A stretch of 64,000 bases of DNA from Candidatus Omnitrophota bacterium (GCA_015233115.1 JADFYJ010000006.1:595-64594); one strand, 5' to 3'; numbered from the stretch's first letter, positions 8,386-18,129 are shown. Notes: generated by a model from the sequence alone, not told the origin. Numbers and translations: made by a program.

Positions 8386-9441
8386 ATGAACAAATTTTTA
8401 GATACTTATTTTAAAACAATTAAACGGTTTTTACCGGAACGATCTGCGGAAACGTCGGTGGGAATTGACATTGGCACAGGCGAGTGCAAACTCATAGAAC
8501 TGATTAAAAAACAGGACAGTTATGAGGTTGTGAATTGGTCAATTCGTCCGGTCGATAATAATGACATCGCGAGCGCGCTTAAGGCCATGTTGTCGAAATT
8601 AGGCCCTGGAAAACGTTCCATTTACACCTCAGTTTCCGGGCGGGGAACTTTGATCCGTTATATTGAAATGCCGCACATGTCTGTCGAGGACATGAAGAAT
8701 TCTTTCGGATTGGAAGCGGATAAATATTTTCCTTTTGCGCAGAATGAAATTTATTCTGACTGTTCCATCATAGATAATGAGAACAAGAAAAAACTGATGT
8801 ATGTGATGGCTGCGGTTGCCAAAAAAGATATCATTGATCTGCGGATAAAACTTTTAAGTGACTTGGGTTATAAGGTGGATTTTATCGGGCTCAATCCGGT
8901 GGCTTTGGCCAATGTCATGAATACTCTCGGTGCGGGTGAAGAGGCCAAGTCTGAAAAAGCTGTGGCGGTTTTGGACATGGGAGGAACCATCAGCAATTTA
9001 TCCATTTTTATAAAAGACAAACCGTGGTTTACGCGCGATATTTTTGTGGGCGGTCGTGATTTTACAAAACGCATCAGCAATATTTTGGGGGTGGACATGA
9101 ATCAGGCGGAGATATTAAAAACTTCGCCCAGCGATCAGCTGGAAAAAATGCTCGACGCGTGCGACTCTGCGGTGACGAATATTGTGCAGGAAATAAAATT
9201 GTCGTTTGATTATTTTTCAACAGAACGGAATTTTGAAGTTGGAAAATTGCTGTTAACGGGAGGCGCTTCAAAGCTGGAAGGTCTCTCGGCGCGGGTAGAA
9301 AAACATTTGGAAATCCCGGTAGTCTATTGGAATCCATTAAGTTTGGTGAAAATGTCTTCGGATATTTCTCCGGAAGAAATAAAAAAAGAATCCATGAAAT
9401 TAGGCGTGGCTCTCGGGCTCGCATTATATAATTATGATTGA
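8386..9441 (+). CDS. pilM: Type IV pilus assembly protein PilM
   Basis: Actin-like fold motifs VGIDIG, VLDMGG, VGGRDFT, LLTGGAS; C-terminal ALGLAL. Confidence 0.92.
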   Translation: MNKFLDTYFKTIKRFLPERSAETSVGIDIGTGECKLIELIKKQDSYEVVNWSIRPVDNNDIASALKAMLSKLGPGKRSIYTSVSGRGTLIRYIEMPHMSVEDMKNSFGLEADKYFPFAQNEIYSDCSIIDNENKKKLMYVMAAVAKKDIIDLRIKLLSDLGYKVDFIGLNPVALANVMNTLGAGEEAKSEKAVAVLDMGGTISNLSIFIKDKPWFTRDIFVGGRDFTKRISNILGVDMNQAEILKTSPSDQLEKMLDACDSAVTNIVQEIKLSFDYFSTERNFEVGKLLLTGGASKLEGLSARVEKHLEIPVVYWNPLSLVKMSSDISPEEIKKESMKLGVALGLALYNYD

Positions 9442-10018
9442 AATTAACCTCACACCACCGGAAGCGCGGAAAAAACGTACAGCTGGCGGCTTTATGAAGG
9501 GCCTGAGTGTGCCATTGGAAGTGATCATTGGCTTAGGCGGTGGTTTATTAATGTTACTGTTGTGTATTTATGTGGTACTGGTTTTCGCGAACCTGGGCAA
9601 AGCCGCTGAGCTGCGGTCATTGAATAAACAGTGGGAACAATTACAGCCGGAGAAAAAAGAAATTGATGCGGTATTAAGTGATTTGCGCTCTTTGCAGTCC
9701 ATTAAGAAAGATGTACAAAAAATTTGCAACGCGAACCGTATCCGTTGGTCTCGGAAGTTGAATATCATCACAGATGTTATTCCCAAAGGCGTCTGGCTGA
9801 TCAGAATTGATGCGGGCGACGCCAGTCTTTTTATTAAAGGCCGGGCGCTTTCAAAGCAGGGAGAGGAATTAAGGAATATTCATGCCTTTGTCGCGAATTT
9901 GAAAAACAATCCGGATTTTATGAGTGAGCTTAAAGATGTGGAATTGGGAAATATTCAATCTGTTAAAGTGAGCGGCGTTGATGTATCAGAGTTTTCGATC
10001 AAGGTGGTCTTAAAATGA
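9434..10018 (+). CDS. pilN: Type IV pilus assembly protein PilN
   Basis: N-terminal IEINL motif, TM helix, IPKGVWL; position after pilM. Confidence 0.85.
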   Translation: MIEINLTPPEARKKRTAGGFMKGLSVPLEVIIGLGGGLLMLLLCIYVVLVFANLGKAAELRSLNKQWEQLQPEKKEIDAVLSDLRSLQSIKKDVQKICNANRIRWSRKLNIITDVIPKGVWLIRIDAGDASLFIKGRALSKQGEELRNIHAFVANLKNNPDFMSELKDVELGNIQSVKVSGVDVSEFSIKVVLK

Positions 10019-10617
10019 AAAAAGTGGAACTATTAGAAAAATATCGGGCTTTTGTGGAAAACATGGATGAAAAAACCCGCTATTATATTTTTGGTGGGAT
10101 ATTGTTACTGGTATTTTTATTGTGCTATTTTATTTTTATCCACCCGCAATTAGCATCTTTATCAAAAATATCTCCTGAGCTTGACCTGGTGCGGGAGGAT
10201 ATCAAAAAATTGAAAAATGACCGGCAACAAATTAACCAATACAAGAAGCAGGTCGCGGATTTAACCAAAGACACGGAGAAATTAAGTTTACGGATCCGGC
10301 CCAAAGAAGAAGTATCTGTGGTTATTGAATCGATTTCGCATTTGGCGAATAAATACAATGTGAAACTGGATCAGATTAATCCTAATTTGTCTGACCAACA
10401 AAAAATCATGGACAGTCAGGGGAAATCATATTACCGGCTTCCTATTTTAATCGACGGGCGGAGTGGTTATCATGATTTTGGCAGATTTTTAAATGCGTTA
10501 GAAATGAGCGATATTTATATAGAAGTGCAAAAATATTCCATTTTTCCGTCAGAAATCCAGCGTTTGCAAAAAGTCACCATTACATTGAATGCCGTGGTTT
10601 TTGATGCGGGGAAATGA
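10015..10617 (+). CDS. pilO: Type IV pilus assembly protein PilO
   Basis: TM helix, coiled coil, GYHDFGRFLNALE motif. Confidence 0.85.
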   Translation: MKKVELLEKYRAFVENMDEKTRYYIFGGILLLVFLLCYFIFIHPQLASLSKISPELDLVREDIKKLKNDRQQINQYKKQVADLTKDTEKLSLRIRPKEEVSVVIESISHLANKYNVKLDQINPNLSDQQKIMDSQGKSYYRLPILIDGRSGYHDFGRFLNALEMSDIYIEVQKYSIFPSEIQRLQKVTITLNAVVFDAGK

Positions 10618-10692
10618 TAAAAGTGGTAAACGTGGTAGAGGTGATAAAGGTGGTAAAGGAAAAAACGACTGATCAAAAACGTAGGGGCGCCC
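10614..10692. repeat. 9-mer tandem repeat arm plus inner motif plus partial GTAG REP at the pilO/pilP junction
   Basis: ATGATAAAA GTGGTAAAC GTGGTAGAG GTGATAAAG GTGGTAAAG, then GAAAAAACGACTGAT, then CGTAGGGGCGCCC. Confidence 0.7.
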
Positions 10693-10715
10693 TGGTTTTT
10701 AAAAAAAACACAAAC

Positions 10716-11066
10716 ATGAAAAAGAAATCATTATTTTTATTATTTGTTGTTATGATGTCGGCGGTAGCTTATGCGGCTGAGCCTGCGCTCGATTACAATG
10801 ACCATAACAAACGTGATCCTTTTTGGAGTTTGGTCAGCACGAGCGGCACCATTCTTAATTTCGACACGGAATACTCTTTATCGGAATTAAATATTGAAGG
10901 GATCATTATGGGTAAGGCAGGGGACAATATGGCCATTATCGGCGGGAAGATTGTAAAAAAAGGCGAACTCTTGGGACAATATATGGTGGTAGAGATTCAA
11001 ACAGATAAAGTTATCTTGTCAGCTGGCGGGAAAATTTCTGAAGTTAAAATGAATAAGGGAGAGTGA
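10716..11066 (+). CDS. PilP-like protein (alternative in-frame start at 10614)
   Basis: Signal peptide, RDPF motif, GIIMG..AIIGG..VKKGE; lies between pilO and pilQ. Confidence 0.75.
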   Translation: MKKKSLFLLFVVMMSAVAYAAEPALDYNDHNKRDPFWSLVSTSGTILNFDTEYSLSELNIEGIIMGKAGDNMAIIGGKIVKKGELLGQYMVVEIQTDKVILSAGGKISEVKMNKGE

Positions 11067-11067
11067 T

Positions 11068-12723
11068 ATGAAAAACCAAACTTTGCTTGTGAGCGTGATT
11101 TTTTTACTCGCCATGACAGCTGCGGCTTTTGCGGAAGAAAAAACTAAAACAACAGCTGGATCGGCGGCGGCTCCGGCAGCGGCTCCGGCAGCGGCTTCAG
11201 TTGCGGCGCAAGCTACCGCGCCTTCAGCAGAGGCTGCCGCGTCACCTACAAAAGAATCAGGGCCAGTTTATGTCCCAATTGTTTCAACTCCCATTGGGGC
11301 TTCACCCTCAAAAAATGTTCCCATAAAATCAACTCCTACCGGTGTAACGGCTGTACCTATGGAAGCTAGTGTTTATGTTTCCTCGGATACCAGCGTTCCT
11401 GCTGTGCCTATAACGGCGGAAGTTAGTCAGGGGGGTAATGTGAGTTTGGATTTTAAAGACGCGGACATCAAGAATGTGCTTAAAATTTTGGCATTTAAAA
11501 GCGGGGTTAATATTGTTCCTGCTCCAGATGTAACGGGTGTGGTTTCGATCCAGCTTAATGACGTTCCGTGGGAACAGGCTTTGGATGTTATTTTAAGAAC
11601 TTATGGCTATGCTTATGAAAAAAAGGGTAATATTATTTTGGTTATGACTGTGGATGGTATGAAAAAACGGCGGGAAGATTCTATTGCTCTGGCAGAGCAA
11701 GAAACATTTATCACCAAAACTTTTTCTTTAAATTACGCGAAAGCCGCGGATGTGTTGACTTCCATTTTAAAAATGAAGTCTGAGAAAGGGAGTGCGGAAG
11801 TGGATGAACGCACCAATACCTTGATCGTGACAGATACGGCTAGCCGGATTGAGCTGATTGAAAGCGTGATTAAAAAATTGGATCGGACGACACCACAGGT
11901 TTTGATCGAAGGGAAAGTTGTGGAAACAGACGTTAATAATGGAGATGATTTAGGGATCAAATGGAATCCGCAGGTATCTATATCAGGTCCGAAGCGGCCT
12001 TACTTATTCCCCTTTAAACAAATATCTAAAGCTCCTTCAAAAAATGATGCCACAACGAGCACTGTGAATTCGGATGGGACAGTGACTACGGTTCATTTTC
12101 CTGATCAATTCCCTGCCGCTCCTACCTCAGCGTTTGGTTATGGAACTTTAGATTTTACCTCTTTTTCCGCAACTATGAAATATTTAGAAAGCCGCAGCAG
12201 CACCAATATTCTTTCCAGCCCAAGCATTACAACTTTGGATAATCAGACCGCCAAGATTGATGTGGGGCTGAAATATCCGCTTCCTACTTTCTCGTTTAGT
12301 CAGCAGACCAACACGATTCAGCTTTCCGGTTACAATTACCAGGATATAGGAGTTTCATTTATTGTGACCCCGCATGTCAACAGCGCTGAAATGGTGACTT
12401 TGGAAGTTGAGCCAAAAATTCAGAGCAGGGGGGATAATGTGGCGATGGAAGGTGTGAACATACCCATTATAAATAACCAATCCGCAAAGACGACAGTTTT
12501 GATTAGAAGCGGTGATACTTTGGTTATAGGCGGTTTAATTACTAAGCAAAAGAATGATACCAGAACGAATGTGCCGTTTTTGTCGCGCATTCCTTTACTT
12601 GGATACTTTTTCAAAAATAAAAGTGCGACTGAAACAAAGACGGATTTGATTATTTTTATTACTCCGCACATTGTCACTCCGGAATCGCCGAGTACAGTGG
12701 TTGCAACAACAGGAAAATCATAG
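11068..12723 (+). CDS. pilQ: Type IV pilus secretin PilQ
   Basis: SLDFKDADI, VPWEQALDVIL, DERTNTLIV, PQVLIE, VPFLSRIPLLGYFF; Ala/Pro-rich N-terminal linker. Confidence 0.93.
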   Translation: MKNQTLLVSVIFLLAMTAAAFAEEKTKTTAGSAAAPAAAPAAASVAAQATAPSAEAAASPTKESGPVYVPIVSTPIGASPSKNVPIKSTPTGVTAVPMEASVYVSSDTSVPAVPITAEVSQGGNVSLDFKDADIKNVLKILAFKSGVNIVPAPDVTGVVSIQLNDVPWEQALDVILRTYGYAYEKKGNIILVMTVDGMKKRREDSIALAEQETFITKTFSLNYAKAADVLTSILKMKSEKGSAEVDERTNTLIVTDTASRIELIESVIKKLDRTTPQVLIEGKVVETDVNNGDDLGIKWNPQVSISGPKRPYLFPFKQISKAPSKNDATTSTVNSDGTVTTVHFPDQFPAAPTSAFGYGTLDFTSFSATMKYLESRSSTNILSSPSITTLDNQTAKIDVGLKYPLPTFSFSQQTNTIQLSGYNYQDIGVSFIVTPHVNSAEMVTLEVEPKIQSRGDNVAMEGVNIPIINNQSAKTTVLIRSGDTLVIGGLITKQKNDTRTNVPFLSRIPLLGYFFKNKSATETKTDLIIFITPHIVTPESPSTVVATTGKS

Positions 12724-12788
12724 GGCTTGGCTGGCCTGCCGGTCGGCAGGGATAGCGGGTCTATAAAATAAAAATATTAGGAAAATAA

Positions 12789-14135
12789 ATGTCGAGAGAA
12801 ATTTTAATTCAAACGCAGAAAGGCGAAAAGCTGGTCGCTATAGTACAAGACGGACGGTTAGATGAATTTCACATTGAAGTGTCCCGTTACCAGCCGTTGT
12901 TAGGAAATATTTATAAGGGAAAAGTCGAATCTATTTTACCATCGATCAACGCCGCGTTTGTGAATATCGGGCAGGCTAAAAATGGCTTTTTGTATTTAAC
13001 GGATGTGGTGAGCCCGCGGGTTGACGCGGATCAGGAATTAGAACCGCTTAATTTTATTGAAAAGATTTTTAATCCCCAGCCAAAGGTAGAAGTCAAACCT
13101 GAGCCGCCTAAACCCTCCCCTAGATCGAATAAACGGTTTAAAAAACATTCTGGAGATTTGCCCTTGAAAGTTGGGCAGGATGTTTTGGTTCAAGTGGTCA
13201 AAGAACCGTTTGGCGAAAAAGGCGCGCGTTTGACCACGCATATCACTCTGCCGGGCCGGTTCATTGTTTATATGCCTTATGACGAGCAGGTGGGGATTTC
13301 TAAAAAAATTGAAGAAGGTGAAGAGCGGAAACGTTTGCGGGAGGTCATCGCGGGTTTAAGTTTTATTAAAAGCGGTGGTTTTATTGTGCGGACAGCTTGC
13401 AGCGGCCAGGGCAAACGGGAGCTGGTGCGCGATGCTAAATTTTTGCATGATATTTGGCAGAAGATTTTAAAAAAGTCTAAGACGGAAAAATCTCCGGTCA
13501 TGATTTATGAAGAAGGAGAATTGACCTGGAAAATGGTGCGGGATTATTTGACGGAAAAAGTGGATAAGTTGGTCATTGATTCTGAAGAGCATTATACGCG
13601 CATCCGTCAATTCGTGCAGACTTTGATCGGCCCGGAAATGGTGGGTAAGATTGAATTTTATCAGGGCAAAGAGCTTTTGTTTGAAGCCAAAAAAATCATG
13701 GATGATTTGCGTACCATTTATGAGCCGACTGTGCCGGTTAAGTCAGGCGCGTATGTGGTCATTGAGCAGACTGAAGCTCTTACGGTGATTGATGTGAACA
13801 GCGGCAGGTTTAAGACCCGGGCTTCTCCCGGAGAAGCCGCGTTTATGGTGAATATGGAAGTGGTGCCGGAAATCGCGCGGCAACTGCGTTTGCGGGATTT
13901 GGGAGGTATTATTGTCATAGATTTTATTGATATGGTCAAAGAAGATAATAAACGCCGGGTGCTGCACACGTTAAAAGAAGCCTTGGCGAAAGATTACGCC
14001 AAGACCGAAGTCTATAAAATCTCTCCGTTAGGTTTGGTTGAGATGACCAGAGAACGCAGCGGCAAAACCGTAGAATCAATATCTTTCGGCCGATGCCCCT
14101 TTTGCAGCGGGCGAGGCAGGGTAAAAATTCCTTAA
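12789..14135 (+). CDS. Rne/Rng family ribonuclease
   Basis: GNIYKGKV S1 domain, IDVNSG, RLRDLGGIIVIDFIDM, CPFCSGRG. Confidence 0.93.
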   Translation: MSREILIQTQKGEKLVAIVQDGRLDEFHIEVSRYQPLLGNIYKGKVESILPSINAAFVNIGQAKNGFLYLTDVVSPRVDADQELEPLNFIEKIFNPQPKVEVKPEPPKPSPRSNKRFKKHSGDLPLKVGQDVLVQVVKEPFGEKGARLTTHITLPGRFIVYMPYDEQVGISKKIEEGEERKRLREVIAGLSFIKSGGFIVRTACSGQGKRELVRDAKFLHDIWQKILKKSKTEKSPVMIYEEGELTWKMVRDYLTEKVDKLVIDSEEHYTRIRQFVQTLIGPEMVGKIEFYQGKELLFEAKKIMDDLRTIYEPTVPVKSGAYVVIEQTEALTVIDVNSGRFKTRASPGEAAFMVNMEVVPEIARQLRLRDLGGIIVIDFIDMVKEDNKRRVLHTLKEALAKDYAKTEVYKISPLGLVEMTRERSGKTVESISFGRCPFCSGRGRVKIP

Positions 14136-14361
14136 AAGTGACAGAGTAACCGAGTAACCGAGTAACAGAGTGAAAAGAAAAGCGATTGATGGGAAAAAAA
14201 TCTACTTTGTTTACTCTGTACTTTTTTCCTCTTGACGAAAAGGGATCTATTGCTTATACTTGGCAAACGATAAATTACGGCAAGACTAATTAGGTTCAGA
14301 GATTTTCCTATATTTTTTGTTTTTTTCTCTGTTACTTTGTTACTCGGTTACTTTGTCACTT
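14136..14361. repeat. Intergenic element with inverted 8-mer tandem-repeat arms (GTAACMGA family)
   Basis: Left GTGACAGA GTAACCGA GTAACCGA GTAACAGA at 14138-14169; right TCTGTTAC TTTGTTAC TCGGTTAC TTTGTCAC at 14328-14359. Confidence 0.9.
14232..14260 (+). promoter_or_regulatory. Sigma70-type promoter for rplU
   Basis: TTGACG, 17 bp, TATACT. Confidence 0.7.
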
Positions 14362-14387
14362 AACAAAATTTACTATGGAGGCAGTTT

Positions 14388-14696
14388 ATGTTTGCAGTTG
14401 TTAAAATCGGATCTGAACAATTTAAGGTTTCTGAAGGTGATTTGATCGAAGTGAATCGTCTTCCGGAAGACGCTGGAAAAGAAATTCAGCTGGATGTGTT
14501 AGCTTATGAAAACGGCACAGATGTGCGTTTTGGCCAGCCGTATTTGAAAGATGTTAAAGTTGCGGCTGCGGTTAAGGAAAACACGCGAGGAGAACGTGTA
14601 ATCGCGTTTAAATTTCGTAAACGTACCAATTGGAAAAAAATCCACGGACACCGCGCTGATTTGACAGCGTTGAATATTATTAAAATTCAGGGGTAA
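14388..14696 (+). CDS. rplU: 50S ribosomal protein L21
   Basis: MFAVVKIGSEQFKVSEGD...GHR. Confidence 0.95.
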   Translation: MFAVVKIGSEQFKVSEGDLIEVNRLPEDAGKEIQLDVLAYENGTDVRFGQPYLKDVKVAAAVKENTRGERVIAFKFRKRTNWKKIHGHRADLTALNIIKIQG

Positions 14697-14766
14697 AATT
14701 TATTTTACCGGTTGATGGTTGATAGTTTTTGATTTTTGGAAGAAGCGATAGCTTCCTAAATCTTAA

Positions 14767-14809
14767 AAATTCCGGTTGGCCTTCATGGGGAAAACCGGAA
14801 TTTCTTTTT
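14767..14809 (+). terminator. Putative intrinsic terminator after rplU
   Basis: AAATTCCGGTT...AACCGGAATTT followed by CTTTTT. Confidence 0.6.
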
Positions 14810-14820
14810 AATTGAATCTT

Positions 14821-14978
14821 TAAAAGTAACAGAGTAACCGAGTAACAAAGTAACAGAGCAACAGAATAAAAAACTAATATTAAGGCTGTTACTTTGATTT
14901 TGTTTTTTACAAGTATTGTTTTTTTGTAATCTTTTTTTGTGCTCTGTTACTCGGTCACTTTGTTACTTTGTTACTTTA
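14821..14978. repeat. Intergenic element with inverted 8-mer tandem-repeat arms (GTAACMGA family)
   Basis: Five left units at 14826-14865; four right units at 14943-14974. Confidence 0.9.
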
Positions 14979-15006
14979 TGGGTAAAAAATTAACGATAGG
15001 TTTAAT

Positions 15007-16005
15007 ATGTTGTTCGTCGACGAAACAATTATAAAAATTAAGGCCGGTGACGGCGGGCAGGGGTGCGAGAGTTTTTATCGCGATTTGTCGCGCGCGCCTA
15101 TGGCGGATGGCGGTGACGGCGGCAAAGGCGGGGATATTATTATTGAGGCTTCACGCTCGCATCACACGCTTTTGGATTTTAAATATCAACAGAATTATAA
15201 AGCGTCCAAAGGCGGGAATGCCAGCAGTAATAACAAAACCGGGCGTAAGGGCGAAGACCGTATACTTAAAGTTCCGGTTGGAACTATTATCCGTGATGCG
15301 GAAACCGGGCTGGTGATTAAAGATATGACCGAAGACGGCCAGCAGATTATTATCGCGAAAGGCGGGCATGGTGGCATAGGGAATCAATATAAGCATACGC
15401 CTAAACCTGCCGTGCCGGGTGAAGAACATCGAATTCTGCTCGAACTTAAAGTCATGGCAGATGTGGGATTAGTTGGTTTTCCGAATGTGGGGAAATCGAC
15501 TATTATTTCCGCGATTTCGAAAGTCAGATCTCCGGTAGCCAATTATCCTTTTACCACGAAACAGCCGATTTTAGGCATTGTGCAGGATGAATTGGATGAG
15601 AAATTGGATTTTGTGGTGGCTGATCTTCCCGGTATTATTGAAGGCGCGCATGACGGACGGGGTTTAGGCGACAGGTTTTTACGCCACGCGGAACGCACCA
15701 AGATTTTGGTCCATGTGCTGGATATGTCAGGGTCTGAAGGTCGTGACCCTCTAGAGGATTTTGAAAAATTAAATCATGAATTGAATTCATACGGAGAAAC
15801 ATTGCCGTTTAAAAGCCAGATTGTGGTAGCTAACAAGATGGACTTACCTGAAGCAAAAAATCATTTAAAACGTTTTAAAAAGCATTATAATGAAGCCATT
15901 ATTGCTGTTTCAGCAAAGGATAAAAAGGGATTAGACCAGCTAGTGAAAGAGATCCGTGCCGTCCTATGTCAAGAACGTTCCTCAGAAAAATCAAAAGAGT
16001 CATAG
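15007..16005 (+). CDS. obgE: GTPase ObgE/CgtA
   Basis: Gly-rich Obg fold, GLVGFPNVGKST, YPFTT, DLPG, NKMD. Confidence 0.96.
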   Translation: MLFVDETIIKIKAGDGGQGCESFYRDLSRAPMADGGDGGKGGDIIIEASRSHHTLLDFKYQQNYKASKGGNASSNNKTGRKGEDRILKVPVGTIIRDAETGLVIKDMTEDGQQIIIAKGGHGGIGNQYKHTPKPAVPGEEHRILLELKVMADVGLVGFPNVGKSTIISAISKVRSPVANYPFTTKQPILGIVQDELDEKLDFVVADLPGIIEGAHDGRGLGDRFLRHAERTKILVHVLDMSGSEGRDPLEDFEKLNHELNSYGETLPFKSQIVVANKMDLPEAKNHLKRFKKHYNEAIIAVSAKDKKGLDQLVKEIRAVLCQERSSEKSKES

Positions 16006-16751
16006 TTAAAGTCGGCTCAGGCTTAATCGCCAATGAGCAATTTAAGCCAAGTAATACCCGCCTGCGCCGTTTGGTGGAACAGATATGTTCTGCGCAAAAA
16101 CGTGGCTATGAAGTTGTGTTAGTCTCTTCCGGCGCCATAGCATTGGGTATGGGCGAGATGCAATGTAAAAAGCGTCCGTCTGAATTATCCCAGCTACAAG
16201 CTTATGCTTCCACAGGCCAAGCTATTCTCATGCGCAAATATAATGATTTATTCCATAAATATAATTCCAAATGTGGACAAATACTTTTAACTTGGGATGA
16301 TTTTCGTAATGATTCACGTCATAAAAATGTCCGCCAGACCATCAAGACCATGTTGTCGTGGGGTGTGGTGCCGATCATTAATGAAAATGATTCAGTTTCC
16401 AACGATGAAATTAAATTCGGAGACAACGATAAATTATCCGCTTTAGTGGCCAGCTGTGTAGACGCGGATTTATTGCTTATTTTGTCGGATGTGGACGGTT
16501 TATATGACATGCGCACTCCGGATAAAAAATTATATCGTGAAGTAAAAGAGATCACGCAGGAAATAGAAAGTGTGGCTGGCGGTTCAGTTAACAAAAATGT
16601 GTCCAAAGGCGGTATGAAATCTAAAATTGACGCGATCAAAATCGCGACCGCATCCAAGGTAGCCTGTGTGATCGCGCACGGCCAGACTGAAAATATTTTA
16701 AACCGCGTTTTAGATGGGGAAAATATCGGAACATATTTTTACGAAAAATAA
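15966..16751 (+). CDS. proB: Glutamate 5-kinase (short form, no PUA domain)
   Basis: VKVGS, LVSSGAI, VPIINENDSV, FGDND, GGMKSK. Confidence 0.94.
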   Translation: MSRTFLRKIKRVIVKVGSGLIANEQFKPSNTRLRRLVEQICSAQKRGYEVVLVSSGAIALGMGEMQCKKRPSELSQLQAYASTGQAILMRKYNDLFHKYNSKCGQILLTWDDFRNDSRHKNVRQTIKTMLSWGVVPIINENDSVSNDEIKFGDNDKLSALVASCVDADLLLILSDVDGLYDMRTPDKKLYREVKEITQEIESVAGGSVNKNVSKGGMKSKIDAIKIATASKVACVIAHGQTENILNRVLDGENIGTYFYEK

Positions 16752-16755
16752 AACG

Positions 16756-16854
16756 TCGTAGGGGCGATCTCCTGATCGCCCGCAACAATCGTTTTTAAAT
16801 AAAAATCAAAAAGCAATAATTTTGTCACGGGCGATCAGGAGATCGCCCCTACGA
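16756..16854. repeat. REPIN: inverted pair of GTAG-family REP sequences
   Basis: TCGTAGGGGCGATCTCCTGATCGCCCG and its exact reverse complement (27 bp each) around an AT-rich spacer. Confidence 0.9.
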
Positions 16855-16878
16855 ACAGTGTAAATGTAGGAACATAAT

Positions 16879-18129
16879 ATGTCTAATAACATCATCAAAA
16901 TGGCGCAGAAAGCTAAGCAGGCTTCCTTAATTTTGGCGACGGTCAGCTCGTCTGAAAAAAATAAGGCGCTCAAATTAATGGCCAAGGCTTTGCTGGCTAA
17001 ATCCGCGTATTTGATTTCTGAAAATAAAAAAGATTTGAATGCCGCAAAAAAAGCGGATTATGCCCAGGCTTTAATTGACCGTTTAGTTTTGAATGATAAA
17101 CGGATTCATGAAATGGCTGAGTGTTTGATTGATACCGCGAATTTACCTGATTTAATTGGCGAGACTATGGCGGTTTACAAACGTCCGAATGGGCTGGTGA
17201 TTAAAAAAGTCCGCTGTCCGATCGGCGTTGTCGGCATTATCTATGAATCGCGTCCGAATGTGACCAGTGACTGCATTGGGTTGTGTTTGAAATCCGGCAA
17301 CAGTGTTATTCTCAAAGGCGGGAAAGAGGCGGTTAATTCTAATAATGCGATTTTTAAGGTTCTTAAAGATGTTTTAAAAATGACTAAAGTTCCGGCGGAA
17401 AGCATTCAGATGATTGCCTCCACTGACCGTGACTCCATGCTGAAGATGCTGGGCTTAACGGATTATGTTGATTTAATTGTTCCGCGGGGCGGGGAAGCCT
17501 TGATCCGTTTCGTTGGCGAGAATTCGCGCATTCCGGTCATTAAACATTATAAAGGCGTTTGCCACACGTATGTGAGTCATAAAGCCAATTTAAAAATGGC
17601 GGAAGATATTTGTTTTAACGCGAAAGTCCAGCGTCCGGGCGTGTGTAATGCCATGGAAACCATGCTGGTCCATAAACAAGCGGCGAAGAAATTTTTACCG
17701 GTCATGATTGAGCGTTTTCAAAAAGCGGGGGTTGAAATCCGCGGCGATGTTAAGACCAGAGCGATTGTCAAAGGCATTAAAGCCGCGCAAGAAGAAGATT
17801 GGCCGACGGAATATCTGGATCTCATTTTAGCCGTGAAAGTGGTGGATTCTTTGAAAGAAGCCATTGATCACATCAATACTTATGGGTCGCGTCATTCAGA
17901 CACGATCGTTACGGAAAGCAAGACTGAAGCGGAGGAATTTTTCCGTTCAGTAGATTCCGCGTGCCTGTATCAGAACGCGTCTACGCGTTTTACTGACGGC
18001 TATCAATTCGGTTTCGGCGCGGAAGTCGGGATCAGCACAGATAAGATCCATGTCCGAGGTCCTATGGGGATTGAAGGGCTGACGTCCTACAAATATACGG
18101 TGTACGGGAAAGGTCAGGTCCGTTCGTGA
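16879..18129 (+). CDS. proA: Glutamate-5-semialdehyde dehydrogenase
   Basis: IYESRPNVT, RPGVCNAMET, NASTRFTDG, ISTDKIHVRGPMG. Confidence 0.96.
   Translation: MSNNIIKMAQKAKQASLILATVSSSEKNKALKLMAKALLAKSAYLISENKKDLNAAKKADYAQALIDRLVLNDKRIHEMAECLIDTANLPDLIGETMAVYKRPNGLVIKKVRCPIGVVGIIYESRPNVTSDCIGLCLKSGNSVILKGGKEAVNSNNAIFKVLKDVLKMTKVPAESIQMIASTDRDSMLKMLGLTDYVDLIVPRGGEALIRFVGENSRIPVIKHYKGVCHTYVSHKANLKMAEDICFNAKVQRPGVCNAMETMLVHKQAAKKFLPVMIERFQKAGVEIRGDVKTRAIVKGIKAAQEEDWPTEYLDLILAVKVVDSLKEAIDHINTYGSRHSDTIVTESKTEAEEFFRSVDSACLYQNASTRFTDGYQFGFGAEVGISTDKIHVRGPMGIEGLTSYKYTVYGKGQVRS

Noticed and set aside
11161-11240. GCGGCTCCGGCA repeats in pilQ and Lys-rich repeats in the rplQ tail
   Set aside because: Ordinary low-complexity protein linkers
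12733-12748. Palindrome CCTGCCG-GT-CGGCAGG after pilQ
   Set aside because: Single short copy with no T tract; cannot tell repeat from terminator or chance
14978-15006. ATG GGT AAA AAA upstream of obgE as an rpmA remnant
   Set aside because: The frame closes after 18 codons and has no L27 motif beyond a chance MGKK
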